DNA of 38,950 nucleotides, from NCBI RefSeq assembly GCF_001194135.2, contig NC_068981.1:107440788-107479737 (forward strand), given 5' to 3'. The stretch comes from Octopus bimaculoides (taxonomy: Eukaryota). Within the stretch, counting starts at the first letter, position 1; each line of letters opens with the position of its first letter. The notes beneath the pieces are model-generated. The model was not told where the DNA came from, did no database searches, and saw only the letters and a program-made list of their open reading frames with translations. This document shows, one piece after another, positions 36,556 through 38,950 of the stretch. The translations under genes were made by a program, and so were the position numbers.

Positions 36556-37360
36556 CCGTGTGAAAGGACAGCTAGGTTCTAAAAATTGATTCATGGCTAC
36601 ATGATTTTCTGAAGAGTAGGAGTCAGACAGTTGTAGCCAATGGTGCTCACTCTGAAGAGACATCAATTCTCAACGGAGTCCCACAGAGAACTATACTGGG
36701 GCCACTACTATTTGTTGTGGCCCTCTCAAACATGCCCTCCACAGTACAGTCAGCCAATCTGACCAGTTATGCTGACGAGACAAAAGTATTGCAGGCAGTT
36801 AGGAACCTAGAAGACATCAAAAAACTACAGAAATTTCTGAACGAAATCTACAAATGGGCTAACAAAAATAACATGCAGTACAATGTTATAAGATTTCAGG
36901 CACTCCAATATTGGTCCAACACCAGGCTAAAATTAGAAAACACTGGACCAGAAGGTAATATGATCCCAGAGACAGAGTCGGTGCATGATCTGGGGGTTCA
37001 CATGAGAAATGATGCAACATTCCATGTGCATATTACAAAGATGGTAACACTGAGCAGGCAAGTGGCTGGATGGATTCTGAGGACATTCAGAACCACGAAA
37101 AGGTTCTGCTACCCCTATGGAAGACTTTTGTTCTCAGCCGCTTGGACTAGTGCTCCCAACTAAGGTCCCCAAAGAGAGTGAAACAATCTATGGAACTCGA
37201 AACAATCCAGTGCCAATATACAAAGAAGATTGACTCAATGCAAGAGATGGGCTACTGGGAAGGGCTAAAGGAGCTGAGTCTATTTCGTGGAAGGAAGACG
37301 AGAGAGAGAGATATATGCAGTGATATATATTTAGAAGATCTAGGAGGGTCTAGCTCCCAA
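36556..37360 (+). pseudogene. CR1/L2-group LINE RT fragment (includes ORF 36717-37163)
   Basis: WLHDFLKSRSQTVVANG..S..ILNGVPQRTILGPLLF, SYADETK (YADD to YADE), LQ..LNEIYKWANKNNMQYN, DLGVHM, GWILRTF; frameshifted further on. Confidence 0.85.
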
Positions 37361-37724
37361 TTTAAGAAGTGACAGCTATACCAAACCTATATATATGTAT
37401 TCCCGAGCATCATACTAATACATCCTTTTGTTATTTACACCACCTGTCCTCGTCTGTTGTTGTCTTTTCGTATATTCTCCCATATATATATATATAGATA
37501 TATATATATATATATAAATATATGTATGCATGTATGCATATATATGTGTGTGTGTGCGTGTGTGTAAATATATGTATGTATAAATATATNNNNNNNNNNN
37601 NNNNNNNNNNNNNNNNNNNNNNNNNNNNNNNNNNNNNNNNNNNNNNNNNNNNNNNNNNNNNNNNNNNNNNNNNNNNNNNNNNNNNNNNNNNNNNNNNNNN
37701 NNNNNNNNNATATATATATATATA

Positions 37725-38777
37725 TTTGCCAATGTTCTGCGCCATGAGGACCAAAGACTTGAGGTATTTCGTGTTGCAAGACAGTGTGTGAGAGAGAATC
37801 ATGATGTCATGGGAGAGAAATGTGTTCACATGGATGATGGTATGCTTGCACTAAATGAGGCTGCAAAGAAAGAGCAAAGAAACAAAAGTTTGCTCAATAA
37901 AGAGAATGAATGGGAGAAAGAGAGTCTGCCGAATGTTGACCCAACTGAGGGACTATCTATCCGAGTTGACAGTACCATGGTAGATAAAGCAATTAAGAGT
38001 ATGAAGACAGGGAAGACCCCTGGCCCATCAGGAATCACTGCAGAGATGCTCAAAATATCTGGCAGTGTCGGCTATAGAATAGTCACACGTATTGTTAACC
38101 AGGTGATACATGAAGGAGTCATACCCAATGAATGGTGTAGTAGCACCATAGTCAACTGCTACAAAGGTAAAGGTGACGTTTTAGATACAAATAATTACAG
38201 AGGTATCAAGCTGTTAGATCAGGTAATGAAAGTCGCAGAGAGGGTCATAGCCCAACTACTCAGGGAGCGGGTCAGTTTAGATGAGATGCAGTTTGGGTTC
38301 GTGCCTGGGAAAAGTACCACTGATGCTATATTTCTGGTAAGACAGCTTCAGGAGAAATACCTAGCCAAGGATAAACCTCTGTACCTGGCTTTCGTTGACA
38401 TGGAGAAAACCTTTGACAGGGTCCCCCTATCCCTCATCTGGTGGGTAATGAGGAAGCTAGGGATAGAGGAATGGTTAGTGAGAGCTGTGCGAGCCATGTA
38501 CAGAGATGCTGTCAGTCAGGTGAGGGTTGGCAATGAGTACAGTGAAGAATTCCGGTTAGAGGTAGGGGTCCACCAAGGTTTTGTCCTCATCCCCCTCCTA
38601 TTTATCATAGTCCTCCAGGCTATAAAAGAGGAATTCAAGACAGGATGCCCCTGGGAGCTCCTCTATGCTGATGGCCTTGCACTAATTGCTGAGTCACTAT
38701 CAGAACTAGAGGAGAAGTTTCAGGTGTGGAAGCAAAGACTAGAATCGAAGGGCCTTAGAGTGAACCTAGCTAAAACC
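37725..38777 (+). mobile_element. RTE-clade LINE reverse-transcriptase region; uninterrupted ~350 codons, truncated at both ends, catalytic motif YADG
   Basis: KTPGPSGITAEMLK, NYRGIKLL, QFGFVPGKSTTDAIF, LAFVDMEKTFDR, GVHQGFVLIPLLF, LLYADGLALIA, GLRVNLAKT. The frame is open from 37725; antisense to the host gene. Confidence 0.92.
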
Positions 38778-38905
38778 AGCTGCATCAAACTCTTTCATGC
38801 ACCAAATGTCAATTCCTGAAGTAAAATTGTGTAGCAACACCAAATGGCGGTGCCCTGGCATGGCCACAGCTCAAGAGCTGAAACTAGGTAAAATGAAAAA
38901 TGAAA
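38778..38905 (+). mobile_element. SINE family B-type 3' part fused to the RTE fragment, followed by (TA)n to the window end
   Basis: ggcggtgccctggcatggccacagctc...tgaaactag matches the reverse complement of 9960-10008. Confidence 0.7.
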
Positions 38906-38950
38906 TTATATATATATGTATATATATAGATATAGATATATATATATATA

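Noticed and set aside
35110-38777. RTE 3' piece (-) and RTE RT piece (+) in opposite orientation, reminiscent of twin-priming inversion
   Set aside because: Separated by 2.3 kb of unrelated sequence including an older CR1 fragment, with a large coding gap and no TSD; independent insertions are simpler.

Overview
AT-rich, repeat-dense eukaryotic DNA with 5 N-gaps. The SINE, MITE and microsatellite landscape looks like a coleoid cephalopod, most likely Octopus (pattern recognition, not a database result). The main result is missed by the ORF track: two small minus-strand exons (17801-17882, 82 nt; 186-305, 120 nt) with canonical splice sites. They join in frame to ISKWGSNLEDRLKSNMTNVTGHHILQQ|HYNKYNPQATHFDPLKTEDIVKEISTSLTEMLEKSKEALK, which resembles the N-terminus (exons 2-3) of a voltage-gated calcium channel alpha2/delta (CACNA2D-family) subunit. 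Most of the window is therefore probably intron: a 17.5 kb intron between the two exons and >21 kb upstream with no convincing exon 1. It is filled with decayed TEs: Tc1 (split in two), Tigger/pogo, mariner, hAT- and piggyBac-type MITEs, RTE, CR1/Jockey-group and I-group LINE fragments, and at least 4 SINE-like families. No CRISPR array, rRNA, true tRNA gene or prokaryotic system is supported, and I see no strongly supported new biological system. Best leads: the hidden gene; a CpG-rich fold-back element with internal TTAGGG repeats about 265 nt from the exon-2 donor; a Tc1 copy split by a 2.6 kb cassette ending in an RTE-type (GAT)n tail (possible 5' transduction); and many inverted SINE pairs that could form intronic dsRNA (ADAR substrates).
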